Shown in pieces: positions 46,171-55,853 of a stretch of DNA of 64,000 bases (position 1 is the stretch's first letter; every line of letters starts with the position of its first letter). Origin of the DNA: an uncultured Bacilli bacterium (lineage in GTDB: Bacteria > Bacillota_I > Bacilli_A > RF39 > UBA660); contig CAJUQG010000001.1 of the NCBI GenBank assembly GCA_910588025.1, forward strand, positions 152,323 through 216,322, in the 5' to 3' direction. Position numbers and translations under genes: made by a program. Under the pieces are notes generated by a model. It did no database searches. It had not been told where the DNA came from and saw only the letters and a program-made list of their open reading frames with translations.

Positions 46171-48068
46171 TTCCTAAAATCGTCTTCTAAGGTAAAGTCC
46201 ACATTTTCATTAATCCATTCTTTTCTGGGTTCTACATGATCTCCCATTAATACATGAATACGCTTCTCAGCTAAAGCGGCATCCGTAAGATTTACACGCA
46301 TTAATCTTCGATTTTCTTTATCCATTGTTGTTTTATAAAGTTCATCGGCATTCATTTCACCTAGTCCTTTAAATCGTTGAATTTTATAATTACCACGCAT
46401 TTTCTTCTTCGCTATCTCTAACTCTTCATCATCTGCAATATAAATTGTTTCTTTACTATTACTGATAGAATATAAAGGTGGTGTTGCAATATAAAGCATT
46501 CCTTCTTCAATTAATGGTCTCATGAATCGGTAAAAGAAAGTAATTAATAAAATTTGAATATGACTACCATCTACATCGGCATCGGTCATAATAATTACTT
46601 TGCCATAGTTAGAATCTCTGTAATCAAAATCTGCTCCAAGCCCTGCCCCAATCGCATACTCAATTTGTTTTAACTCTGCATTGGATGCAATATCATTTTG
46701 ACTTGCTTTCTCACAGTTTAATACTTTTCCTCGAAGTGGTAATATCGCTTGCGTCTCACGATTTCGATATAATTTCGCAGACCCTCCTGCACTATCCCCT
46801 TCGACTAAGAAAAGTTCATTTTTTTCATAATTCTTACCTGTGGCTTTTGCAAGTTTCTCACTTAATACTCTCTCTTTATTACTTTTTCCTGTTCCCTTAC
46901 GAACTTGTTCACGAGCTTTTCTTGCGGCCTCTCTTGCTGTTTTACTTTGAATTGCTTTATTTAAAACCATTAACGCTGCTTCTTTATTTTCTTCTAAAAA
47001 GAATTTTAAATTCTCATAAGTAACACTTTCTGTTACACTTCTAGCTTCTGGAGTACCAAGTTTTCCTTTTGTTTGTCCTTCAAACTGTAATAAAGCCTCT
47101 GGTATCTTTAATGAAATTACCGCCGACAACCCTTCTCTAACATCTCCACCTTCTAAACTTTGGTCTTTTTTTAAAATCCCATTACTTTTCGCATAATCAT
47201 TAAAAGCTTTCGTAATTCCTGTTTTAAAACCTACTTCATGCGATCCACCATCACCTGTTTTAACATTATTAACAAATGATTCGATACTTTCGTTATAAGA
47301 ATCTGTATATTGCATAGCAATTTCGACTTCAATTCCATTTTTTGTTCCATCAAAATGAATCACTTTATGAAGCGTATTTTTTCCCTCATTAATATATTCA
47401 ACAAAATTAATTAACCCATTTTCATAATGAAACTTCGCTTCTTTTTTATCTTCTTCATCAACAACTTCTATAGTGACTCCCGAAAGTAAAAAAGCACTTT
47501 CTTGCATTCTTTCACAAATTGTTGTATAGGAAAAACTACAATTTTTAAAAATTTCTCCATCTGGTTTAAAAGTAACACTAGTTCCTGTTTTTTTCGTTTC
47601 TCCAATCACTTTTAGAGGAATCTCTACATGTCCTCCATTAGAAAAACGAATATTACAAATCTTACCTTCTTTATAAATCGTAACATCCATCCAAGTAGAT
47701 AAAGCATTTACGACACTTGCTCCAACTCCATGAAGTCCTCCGCTTACCTTATATCCGCCACTTTCAAATTTTCCCCCAGCATGTAAAATCGTATAAATAA
47801 CTTCTGGAGTACTTTTTCCACTCGCATGTTTTCCAATAGGAACTCCACGACCATTATCAGTTACCGTTATACTTCCATCTTTATGAAGAGCAATTTTGAT
47901 AGTATCTCCATAACCATTGATAATTTCGTCAATCGCATTATCGACAATTTCCCAAACCAAATGGTGCATTCCACGTTTATCGGTAGAACCAATATACATA
48001 CCAGGTCTTTTTCGAACTGCTTCTAAGCCTTCTAAAATTTTTATCGATGATTCATCATATTTTGTCAT
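46167..48068 (-). CDS. parE: DNA topoisomerase IV subunit B
   Basis: GHKL ATPase and Toprim motifs (LEGLEAVRKRPGMYIGS, LVEGDSAGGSA, IMTDADVDGSHI). ATG at 48068 follows an AAGGTGAAGG SD. Confidence 0.88.
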   Translation of the reverse strand: MTKYDESSIKILEGLEAVRKRPGMYIGSTDKRGMHHLVWEIVDNAIDEIINGYGDTIKIALHKDGSITVTDNGRGVPIGKHASGKSTPEVIYTILHAGGKFESGGYKVSGGLHGVGASVVNALSTWMDVTIYKEGKICNIRFSNGGHVEIPLKVIGETKKTGTSVTFKPDGEIFKNCSFSYTTICERMQESAFLLSGVTIEVVDEEDKKEAKFHYENGLINFVEYINEGKNTLHKVIHFDGTKNGIEVEIAMQYTDSYNESIESFVNNVKTGDGGSHEVGFKTGITKAFNDYAKSNGILKKDQSLEGGDVREGLSAVISLKIPEALLQFEGQTKGKLGTPEARSVTESVTYENLKFFLEENKEAALMVLNKAIQSKTAREAARKAREQVRKGTGKSNKERVLSEKLAKATGKNYEKNELFLVEGDSAGGSAKLYRNRETQAILPLRGKVLNCEKASQNDIASNAELKQIEYAIGAGLGADFDYRDSNYGKVIIMTDADVDGSHIQILLITFFYRFMRPLIEEGMLYIATPPLYSISNSKETIYIADDEELEIAKKKMRGNYKIQRFKGLGEMNADELYKTTMDKENRRLMRVNLTDAALAEKRIHVLMGDHVEPRKEWINENVDFTLEDDFRK

Positions 48069-48410
48069 AGCCTTCACCTTAAAAAAGTATATCATGTTAA
48101 AGAATGTTTAGCAAAATGAATTGTCAAACAATTGCCAAAACAGACCTTATTTTGAAGTAATTTTCTCTTCTTTTCCTGTTACTACTAAAAAAATTACCAA
48201 ACTCACTTTTTATGCCTTTCTTATAATAACTCACAATATTATTTACTTAAACGAATAAAATGACCTTATCATAAAAGTAAAATTCCTGCAAATGAATCAT
48301 TTTTCAAATAAAATAAAAAAAGAAAAAGAATTGATAAAATCTCCTAAATCAAAAATCCTTTTCTTGTTAAAAAAAGCAACTAATTTTTAAATTGTATAAA
48401 AACAATACTT

Positions 48411-49418
48411 TTATAACTTTGCTAAAGCGGCAATTGCTTCTTCTAAACTACTAACAGCAATAACTCGAATATCTAAATCGTTTTCATTTTTCACTTGAAT
48501 AGCTTCTTCATAATTCTTAGTAGGAACCAAAAAAACATCAGCTTTCTTCTTTGCAGCTCCCAAAAGTTTATATTTTACTCCGCCAATTTCCCCAACAACG
48601 CCATTTTTATCAATTGTCCCAGTTCCAATAATCTTTTTCCCCATCGTAATATCTTCACTCACCAAAGCATTATAAATTGCCAAAGCATTCATAAGTCCAC
48701 CACTTGGCCCTGATTCACTACTTTTTGAGACAAAAGACACCTTAGGATTCGTTTCATACTCATAAGTAGTAGTAATACTAACGCCCACTTTTGGTCCTTC
48801 ACTCGTTTCATAAACCGTTGCTTTCTTCGTCATTTTTTTACCACGACGAATGATTTCAAAACTTACTTCATCCCCAGCATGTAAACTCCCCACCATTTCG
48901 CGGACAGTATCTAAATTTTTTATCTCTTGACCATTCATCGTTAAAATTTCATCAAACAGTTCCAAGTCTGTATCGGCTTCATTACTCATATAAACCAAAT
49001 GATTGGTTTGCGATAAAACCTTTACTTCCTTATTTGCTAAGGAAAAAGCAGCATACAACGCATTATTCTGTGCTTGAATAAGAGAAATTTGATCTGCTAA
49101 AATCATCTCTTCCAAAGACTCGTTATCTGGCTTAATATCCTTGGTAGAAACAATATCCCAATTAGGAATAAGATAACTAAACAATAAAAATGGAATACTT
49201 CCCTTAATCATCGAAACATATGCCATAGATAAGGAACCTTGCGTCTCATACCCATCCTCTACTTCAATTCGATTGGCAAGATCAATAGAACCACCAGGAG
49301 TATAAACAACGTAAGGAAGCTCAAATGTAAAAAGACAAACAATAACCAAAAGGGAAACAAAAAATTTCCAATTTTCACGCATGAAACCCTTTAATTTCTC
49401 ATAAAATTTGTTAAACAT
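48411..49418 (-). CDS. YlbL/SepM-type membrane-anchored PDZ plus Lon-like serine protease
   Basis: N-terminal TM helix, a PDZ segment (DEILTMNGQEI...GDEVSFEIIR) and a Lon-like C-terminus (ESGPSGGLMNALAIYN...GTGTIDKNGVVGEIGGVKYKL). Confidence 0.8.
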   Translation of the reverse strand: MFNKFYEKLKGFMRENWKFFVSLLVIVCLFTFELPYVVYTPGGSIDLANRIEVEDGYETQGSLSMAYVSMIKGSIPFLLFSYLIPNWDIVSTKDIKPDNESLEEMILADQISLIQAQNNALYAAFSLANKEVKVLSQTNHLVYMSNEADTDLELFDEILTMNGQEIKNLDTVREMVGSLHAGDEVSFEIIRRGKKMTKKATVYETSEGPKVGVSITTTYEYETNPKVSFVSKSSESGPSGGLMNALAIYNALVSEDITMGKKIIGTGTIDKNGVVGEIGGVKYKLLGAAKKKADVFLVPTKNYEEAIQVKNENDLDIRVIAVSSLEEAIAALAKL

Positions 49419-49462
49419 GACACATCATCACCTAAAATATTATATCAAAAAAAGAGGCAATT

Positions 49463-50398
49463 ATGAATCCAAAGAAAAAAAACCTATGTATTCTCGTACT
49501 TTTACTCATTCTCTTATTTTTAATCCTTCAAAAAAATAGCGAAGTCAAAACCAGCATCATTTTTGGAGCAGAACTATGGCTTACTAAAGTATTTCCATCA
49601 TTATTTCCTATGTTCATCTTAAGTGACTTATTAATGTCTTACCACTTACCAGAATATCTTTCTAACCTTTTTGGACCCTTTTTCACCAAATTATTTAAAA
49701 CCAGTCCATATGGCGTATTTACCCTTTTTATGTCACTCATTGCTGGTACTCCATCGAGTGCTTATATTTTAAAAAACTTAAGTGCCGAACAAAAAATTAC
49801 CGAACAAGAAGCCAGTCATTTATTACAATTCACATTTTTCTCTAATCCCCTTTTTCTTCTTACCATGTTAAATGTTATTTTTCCAAATCAACCGCATCTT
49901 ATTATTTCTATTATCTTAATTCATTATAGTTCCAATCTACTTATTGGTTTATTACTAAGACCAAAAACGACTCCTACTTGGACAAAAATAACTTTTGTCA
50001 AAACAAAGCTAAATCTTGGAACAATCTTGTCAAATTCCATCAAAAAAGCCATGAATACCTTACTTCTTATCTTAGGAACCATTTGTTTTTATCTAATGCT
50101 AAGCACTATTTTTACTTTAAAAAATCCTCACTTAAATCTTTTGATGAAAGGATTTTTAGAACTAACTCAAGGTCTTAATAGCTTAATGACAAATAACTAT
50201 TCCATTACCTTCAAAAGTATTTTATCACTATTTTTCATTTGCTTTGGTGGCTTAAGTATTCACACCCAAATAAAAAGTATCATTGAAGATACTTCGATTT
50301 CTTACCTTTCCTTTTTAAAAGGACGCATTTTACACGTTATCATTTCTTTCTTATTACTATTTCTTTTAAGCTTCACAAGTATTGCTTTCATATCCTAA
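49463..50398 (+). CDS. YlbJ-like sporulation integral membrane protein (nucleoside-recognition-domain family)
   Basis: GAELWLTKVFPSLFPMFILSDLL, polytopic. At 311 aa it is shorter than my memory of B. subtilis YlbJ. Confidence 0.6.
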   Translation: MNPKKKNLCILVLLLILLFLILQKNSEVKTSIIFGAELWLTKVFPSLFPMFILSDLLMSYHLPEYLSNLFGPFFTKLFKTSPYGVFTLFMSLIAGTPSSAYILKNLSAEQKITEQEASHLLQFTFFSNPLFLLTMLNVIFPNQPHLIISIILIHYSSNLLIGLLLRPKTTPTWTKITFVKTKLNLGTILSNSIKKAMNTLLLILGTICFYLMLSTIFTLKNPHLNLLMKGFLELTQGLNSLMTNNYSITFKSILSLFFICFGGLSIHTQIKSIIEDTSISYLSFLKGRILHVIISFLLLFLLSFTSIAFIS

Positions 50399-50962
50399 AA
50401 AAGCTTTAGAAGGAAAACTACTGGCATTAATATCACTAGATTTTCCGACATAAAACAATTCCAAATCATCAATGGCATTCGCATCACTCTCACCAATTAC
50501 CACCGGAATACGTATATGAACATAAAAATAATCAGAACAAACCGCTGATTCACAGTTTGCTCCCGTACAACATGGAGCATTTTCAAAATGATAATAAACA
50601 CATCGTTTTTGATAAGAAGTCCGATTATTTCCTGCTTTCATACTCCAACGTTCATCATGATAACTCACCGACTTATCACTTACTGTTAACGCCCGACTAC
50701 TACCATCTTGAAACTGAAACGTTAAACGTAATTCCCCATAAGTACTAGAATCAGTCATCCCAACTAACCCAAGTGATGTAAAATCATCCATAATCGTTCT
50801 AATAATACTTGCACGATTCAATTGATTATCACTAGCAAAGGTCCCATTTTTACTCGTATATTGAATATCTACTAATAAATTAAACAAAAAAATCATTACA
50901 ACTGCTACTAAAGCAATACTGACAATAAACTCAATCAAAGTAATTCCTTTTTGGTTTTTCAT
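50366..50962 (-). CDS. prepilin-type N-terminal cleavage/methylation domain protein (Cys-rich pseudopilin)
   Basis: KG|ITLIEFIVSIALVAVVMIF. Cys cluster RCVYYHFENAPCCTGANCESAVC. Confidence 0.75.
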   Translation of the reverse strand: MKNQKGITLIEFIVSIALVAVVMIFLFNLLVDIQYTSKNGTFASDNQLNRASIIRTIMDDFTSLGLVGMTDSSTYGELRLTFQFQDGSSRALTVSDKSVSYHDERWSMKAGNNRTSYQKRCVYYHFENAPCCTGANCESAVCSDYFYVHIRIPVVIGESDANAIDDLELFYVGKSSDINASSFPSKAFLGYESNTCEA

Positions 50963-51543
50963 AAATCACCTACTTTTAATGTCGCATAATAATACCTACA
51001 ATGTTCTTCATCGACACAAGCACCACCCGCTCCATCTTCACGATACTCAACAATCATTCGATATCCATCTTCGCCTTTTCCTCCGATGGTACGTAAATAA
51101 TTTCCTAAATTGGCATTAACTCTTGAAAATACAGAACAAATTCCTTCATAATTCGTACAAGTTTGCAATTGTGATAAATCCCGATAAGTGACATAAACAT
51201 TTGCAATATGAAGTTCTCCACTCAAAAGTTCACAAAAGCCTCCTTCTTTATCTACATCATCAAAAATATCACCAGAACCACAGCCAAAAGAAAGTAAAAA
51301 ATTAACATTATCATTCGTATTTTCGTTACTTAAATTACCTATAATACGGTCAATTCGCTGACTACTAAAATATTTTTTTACATAATAAGTTCGATAAAGA
51401 TAACTCACATCATCATATAAAAGACGTGCTTTCTCATTATTAGAAAGTGCAATATAAGTAGAATATAAATACAACAAAGAAGTGATTAAAACTGCTATAA
51501 CAATAATCGTTTCAACAAAAACAAAGCCCTTTTTATTTCTCAT
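50959..51543 (-). CDS. prepilin-like protein with non-canonical G|FVFVE N-terminus (Cys-rich pseudopilin)
   Basis: KKG|FVFVETIIVIAVLITSLLYLY with E+5 retained. It has 7 Cys. A 4-nt overlap links it to the downstream pilin-like gene. Confidence 0.65.
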   Translation of the reverse strand: MRNKKGFVFVETIIVIAVLITSLLYLYSTYIALSNNEKARLLYDDVSYLYRTYYVKKYFSSQRIDRIIGNLSNENTNDNVNFLLSFGCGSGDIFDDVDKEGGFCELLSGELHIANVYVTYRDLSQLQTCTNYEGICSVFSRVNANLGNYLRTIGGKGEDGYRMIVEYREDGAGGACVDEEHCRYYYATLKVGDL

Positions 51544-51656
51544 TATGATTCATCCTTTATTATTCATTATAAAAGATTACCCCTTTTTTTTCAAATCATT
51601 TTAAGAACCCACGCCAAAGAAAAAAAATAGCATACGCTATCAATAGGTGATGTATT

Positions 51657-51857
51657 ATGCAACCAGGTTGTAGAAGACCATGTGGAAAAGGACCAAACGG
51701 CTTTTTTACTGTAATAGCCATTTTGATCCTTAGTTGTCTTATTTTTTATCAAGTAATTATTACTTTAATTCTACCATTTCGTTTTAATATTTTTATCTTA
51801 TTTATTGAAATAGTACTGCTTTTATTTTTGCTCTACCGTATAGTATGGCCTTACTAA
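51657..51857 (+). CDS. small hydrophobic protein (66 aa), hypothetical
   Basis: An AGGTGA SD lies 7 nt before the ATG. MQPGCRRPCGKGPNGFF is followed by two TM helices. The 3' end overlaps the convergent ysxE-like gene by 36 nt. Confidence 0.4.
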   Translation: MQPGCRRPCGKGPNGFFTVIAILILSCLIFYQVIITLILPFRFNIFILFIEIVLLLFLLYRIVWPY

Positions 51858-52712
51858 CTCTTCCGTTTTAAACAAATAATCTAAACCTTCTCGAACCATT
51901 TTACAATTTTGAAACTCTTCCTCAGTAAAGGTCATTTTCATCGGTAAAGAAATTAAAATAAAAAACAATTTTTTTTCTGCTTCTTGAAGCGGAAATTTCT
52001 CTTGATATTTTTGAAATAGCGTTATAAACTCTACATCAAAATAATCCGTTTGATAAAAGTGAACCAAATCTAACACTGGACTATCAATTTTACTCTTTTC
52101 CCAACTAATAAAATAATCTCGGTCACCTTTCAAATAATGTTCCAAACTCATATTATTATGAATAAAACTAACTCGTTGGCGACTTTCTTGTTTCACAAGC
52201 TCAAACCAATCATCTAACTCTCTTTTGGCAAAATCTAAACTAGAAAGAATTTTAGAACTATTTCGCATAAAAAGATAATGACTTGGAGACATATAATTTT
52301 CTAAAAAACAAGTATCAAACAAAGTATCATAGTACTGTTTTAAATATTGAATATTAGAATCTATGTTTTCATAAATTTCTTGATAAGTATCCAAACTAAC
52401 CGTTTTAAAATAAGCGGTTTTTTGATGTAATGAAGCAAGTACTCCAATTAAATCTTGAGCTTTTTGTTCCGTTGGCATTGGAGTATCTTCTACATAAGAA
52501 AACATATTTACATCAGCTCTACTAAAATCAACCAATTCTGGAAACTCATGAAAATTGCGAGATTGTAAATAACGATAAACCTTAGCAACATCATTTTCTT
52601 TTGGTTTTACAACAAAATTACCACTTGTCGTTTCTAAAATCGTAATTTTTCCTCGCTTCGTATAACGAATAGGTTTATAAATATCTTTTAATACTTCAAT
52701 ACTTTTATTCAT
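51822..52712 (-). CDS. CotS/YsxE-family spore-coat kinase-like protein
   Basis: Aminoglycoside-phosphotransferase-like fold pattern (IHNNMSLEHYL...YFISWEKSKIDSPVLDLVHFY). It lies immediately downstream of the spoVID-like gene, as in the B. subtilis spoVID-ysxE operon. Confidence 0.65.
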   Translation of the reverse strand: MNKSIEVLKDIYKPIRYTKRGKITILETTSGNFVVKPKENDVAKVYRYLQSRNFHEFPELVDFSRADVNMFSYVEDTPMPTEQKAQDLIGVLASLHQKTAYFKTVSLDTYQEIYENIDSNIQYLKQYYDTLFDTCFLENYMSPSHYLFMRNSSKILSSLDFAKRELDDWFELVKQESRQRVSFIHNNMSLEHYLKGDRDYFISWEKSKIDSPVLDLVHFYQTDYFDVEFITLFQKYQEKFPLQEAEKKLFFILISLPMKMTFTEEEFQNCKMVREGLDYLFKTEELVRPYYTVEQK

Positions 52713-53460
52713 CTTCTTTAGGAATAATAATTTTATCTCCTACTGCCACTTGACTCATATCATTATATTCACTTAACAAACCTAAATTGGAATGATACAT
52801 CGTACAAATAGTTTCCACAGTTTCTCCAGAATTTACAATATGAATGTGGTAAGTAGCATAGCTATCATCCATCGGATTCACATTTTGAATAATTGTTTCT
52901 TCACTTTCTTTCATATCTTCTTTTACAACTTTAGTTTCTGTCATCATAGTCTTTGTTTCAACTCTTTCTTGTTCTGGTTCTTCTACGTCTTCCGTCATAA
53001 GTATTTGTGTTAAAATTCCTTCTTCTTCTGGTGTTTCAATTAATCTTGATAAATCTGGTTCTTCTACTTCTTCTTCACGTTCTTCTTTTATAACGTCTTC
53101 AACTGAAACTACTGGAACTTCCATCACTTCTTCTTCCACCAGTTCTTCCGCCGAAATAGCAAATTCAATATCTACTTCCACCGTATCATCATTTAAGACA
53201 TCATAAGAAAAATCGGTAATCTCAAATTGAAATGTATCTAAATCAACATGATCTGTTATTTCAATCGAAAATGGTAATTTATATAAAAATGGTTCACGAT
53301 TGACACTCACCTCATGACTTTTATAATCTCCTGATATAATAAAATTACCATGAACTTCTTCTGGAGTTAAATCGATTTCATGTTCTAATGACATACTAGT
53401 AATCTCAGCAATTTTAGACCCAAAAGAAATCTCTTTTTTATAAGGAACTATACTTTTCAC
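52705..53460 (-). CDS. SpoVID-like spore morphogenetic protein (N-terminal SpoVID domain, acidic linker, C-terminal LysM)
   Basis: GTG at 53460 follows a GAGGGTGAG SD. N-domain KEISFGSKIAEITSMSLEHEIDL...LPFSIEITDHV. Glu-rich middle. LysM YHIHIVNSGETVETICTMY...VGDKIIIP. Confidence 0.7.
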   Translation of the reverse strand: MKSIVPYKKEISFGSKIAEITSMSLEHEIDLTPEEVHGNFIISGDYKSHEVSVNREPFLYKLPFSIEITDHVDLDTFQFEITDFSYDVLNDDTVEVDIEFAISAEELVEEEVMEVPVVSVEDVIKEEREEEVEEPDLSRLIETPEEEGILTQILMTEDVEEPEQERVETKTMMTETKVVKEDMKESEETIIQNVNPMDDSYATYHIHIVNSGETVETICTMYHSNLGLLSEYNDMSQVAVGDKIIIPKEDE

Positions 53461-53597
53461 ATTCTCACCCTCTCCCCACAATGTATGCAAAATTTCATCA
53501 TTTAGAACAAAACAAAATGAAATTCTGTCAAACAAAATATTTTTCCACAAAAAGGCCAAAAAAATATGATAAAATGTATCATAGAAAGAAGGATATT

Positions 53598-54956
53598 ATG
53601 AATACATCAATCTTTAAAGAATATGACATTCGTGCGTCTTATCCAAATGAAATCAATGAAGAAATTGCTTACCTAATCGGACGTAGTTATGGTTCTTACT
53701 TACAAGAAATATTAGACCAACAAAAATGTGTTGTTGGTCATGATAACCGTTTATCATCAAAAAGTTTATATGAGAATATGATTGCTGGTATTTTAGATAG
53801 TGGTTGTAATGTAATCGATTATGGTCTTATCACAACTCCTATGCACTATTACACTAGATATTTAAACAAATGTTTTGGCATAATGGTAACTGCCAGCCAC
53901 AACCCAAAAGATGATAATGGATTTAAGTTTTCGTTTGATCACTTAGCCAATGCACGTGGCAAAATGATATACGACTTTCGAGATTATACCTTAAAAAAAG
54001 TATTTTTAGATGGACAAGGAATTCGGGAAAAACGCGAAATCAAAGACTTATATTTACAATATATGAAAGACAATGTTCATATGGGCTCAAGAAAATTAAA
54101 AGTGGTCATCGATTCTGGAAATGGCGTTACAAGTACCATTGCCAAAGATTGTCATGATATATTTTCTAATCTTGATGTAACTTATATTTGTAACGAAAAC
54201 GACGGAACTTTCCCAAATCATCATCCAGACCCTGCTGTTGAAGAAAATTTAAGTATGTTAAAACAAAAAGTGATAGAAACTCACGCAGATATAGGAATTG
54301 CCTATGACGGAGATGGCGACCGTGTTGGTGTCGTAGATGAACAAGGAAGATTCTTAGAAGCAGATAAACTTTTAATTATTGGAGTACGTGCTTTAATAAA
54401 CGAGGTCACAAACAAAACTTTTTTATATGATGTTAAATGTACCAAAGCTTTAGAAGATGAGATTATTAAATTAGGTGGAACTCCTTACATGGAACGTACA
54501 GGTACTAGCTACACCGAAGCTTCCACCAAAGAAAGAAACATCCCTCTAGGTGGGGAACTTTCGGGACATATTTTCTTTAATGATCGTGGTCCGGAGGTTT
54601 GTAGTGGAATATATGATGGACTAAGAATACTAGAAATTCTTTCTAAAAGTGATAAAAGTTTATCAGAATTATTAGAAGGAATAAATCTTTATCATTCTAC
54701 CCCAGAAATCAAAATCAATTGCGACAATGAGAAAAAATTTGAAGTGGTAGAAAAAGTTAAACAATATGTTAAAGACAAAAAGTATAATGCAAGTTTTATC
54801 GATGGTGCTCGCATTTCTTTTGAGAAAGGATGGGCACTAATTCGTGCAAGCAACACTGGACCAAACATCACCTTAAGATTTGAAGCACAAAATAACGAAT
54901 TCTTAGAACAAATAAAAGAAGAATTTACTACTTTAGTGAATCAGCTAAACAAGTAA
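53598..54956 (+). CDS. phosphomannomutase/phosphoglucomutase (alpha-D-phosphohexomutase)
   Basis: FKEYDIRASYP, active-site TASHNPKDDNGFKF, Mg loop AYDGDGDRVG and GGELSGH. ATG at 53598 follows an AGAAGGA SD; the longer track ORF (53481) overlaps spoVID. Confidence 0.88.
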   Translation: MNTSIFKEYDIRASYPNEINEEIAYLIGRSYGSYLQEILDQQKCVVGHDNRLSSKSLYENMIAGILDSGCNVIDYGLITTPMHYYTRYLNKCFGIMVTASHNPKDDNGFKFSFDHLANARGKMIYDFRDYTLKKVFLDGQGIREKREIKDLYLQYMKDNVHMGSRKLKVVIDSGNGVTSTIAKDCHDIFSNLDVTYICNENDGTFPNHHPDPAVEENLSMLKQKVIETHADIGIAYDGDGDRVGVVDEQGRFLEADKLLIIGVRALINEVTNKTFLYDVKCTKALEDEIIKLGGTPYMERTGTSYTEASTKERNIPLGGELSGHIFFNDRGPEVCSGIYDGLRILEILSKSDKSLSELLEGINLYHSTPEIKINCDNEKKFEVVEKVKQYVKDKKYNASFIDGARISFEKGWALIRASNTGPNITLRFEAQNNEFLEQIKEEFTTLVNQLNK

Positions 54957-55024
54957 ATTCTTTTTTTTACTACATGTTAGATGAGAATATACAAAAAAAG
55001 AAGCGATTTCTCACTTCTAAAATT

Positions 55025-55768
55025 TTAACGAATAATTGCATCCAAAGCTAAAACAATCATATCATCTAAAGAACGTTCACGTTCTTCAATACTCATGAAA
55101 GTCTCTTTAAACTTCGAATCCACGACCGTTAAAAGACAAGCTGCTTCTTTTTGAAAACTCGAAGCAATATGGAAAAGTGCAAATGATTCCATTTCCTCAC
55201 CAATAATTTGTGTGTCACTTGGAACACGTGCAAGCACATGTTCATTATCAGAATAAAACCCAAATTGTTCTGTAGTCATTACGGTACCTAAAAATAATTT
55301 TTTACCCTTTTCTTGTGCAACAGATTGAATCCTATCATTTAAACTTTTACTTGGATACGCAAAATGCGTTGGATCTCCATTATAAGAATAAGCAAAATTT
55401 CCTTCATTATAACTTTCTGTCGCTAAAATAATATCTGGGACATTCATTTCTTCTAGTAAACCTCCGCATGTTCCCACACGAATAATTCGTTCTACTCCAA
55501 AGAAATAAAATAATTCAAAAGCATAAATACTCATAGAAGGCATTCCCATGCCAGATCCCATCACACTAACCCTTTTTCCTTTATAAGTACCAGTATAAGC
55601 ATACATATTACGTGCACTACTAACTAGTTTTACATCACTTAAATACTTCTCAGCAATATACTTTGCTCGTAGTGGATCACCAGGCATAATCACAGAAGAT
55701 GCTAAATCTTCTTTTGCACAGTTAATATGTGCCGACTTAATATGGTCCATAACAACAGGTGGTTTCAT
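55025..55768 (-). CDS. deoD: purine nucleoside phosphorylase, DeoD type
   Basis: IMPGDPLRAKYIAEKYL, VSVMGSGMGMPS, GTCGG and GEEMES. A GGAGGGA SD lies upstream. Confidence 0.9.
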   Translation of the reverse strand: MKPPVVMDHIKSAHINCAKEDLASSVIMPGDPLRAKYIAEKYLSDVKLVSSARNMYAYTGTYKGKRVSVMGSGMGMPSMSIYAFELFYFFGVERIIRVGTCGGLLEEMNVPDIILATESYNEGNFAYSYNGDPTHFAYPSKSLNDRIQSVAQEKGKKLFLGTVMTTEQFGFYSDNEHVLARVPSDTQIIGEEMESFALFHIASSFQKEAACLLTVVDSKFKETFMSIEERERSLDDMIVLALDAIIR

Positions 55769-55802
55769 TTATACATCCCTCCCTAGGATAATTATAGCAT
55801 TG

Positions 55803-55831
55803 AAAAAAAGAATGGTTTACATTCTTTTTTA
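55803..55831 (-). terminator. AT-rich hairpin downstream of the U32 gene
   Basis: AAAAAAGAATG, loop gttta, then CATTCTTTTTT. T-runs follow on either strand. Confidence 0.45.
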
Positions 55832-55853
55832 GTATTGACACAAAATTAACATT

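Noticed and set aside
48119-48133. A 15-bp palindrome, AATTGT-caa-ACAATT, overlapping a TTGACA in the 315-bp parE upstream region. This might be an operator. I also checked the long intergenic region for small ORFs or an RNA.
   Set aside because: Six-bp AT-rich arms are common by chance. No matching -10 box lies at proper spacing. There is no convincing small ORF (the candidates are 13-17 codons without an SD) and no stable structure.
53481-53597. N-terminal extension of the phosphohexomutase ORF that overlaps the spoVID 5' end.
   Set aside because: The translation (MYAKFHHLEQNKMKFCQTKYFSTKRPKKYDK...) looks non-protein-like and has no SD. The ATG at 53598 has an AGAAGGA SD and starts the conserved FKEYDIRA N-terminus. 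The long N-terminal extension of the spoVID-like ORF (53461..53559) was dropped for the same reason, in favour of the GTG at 53460.
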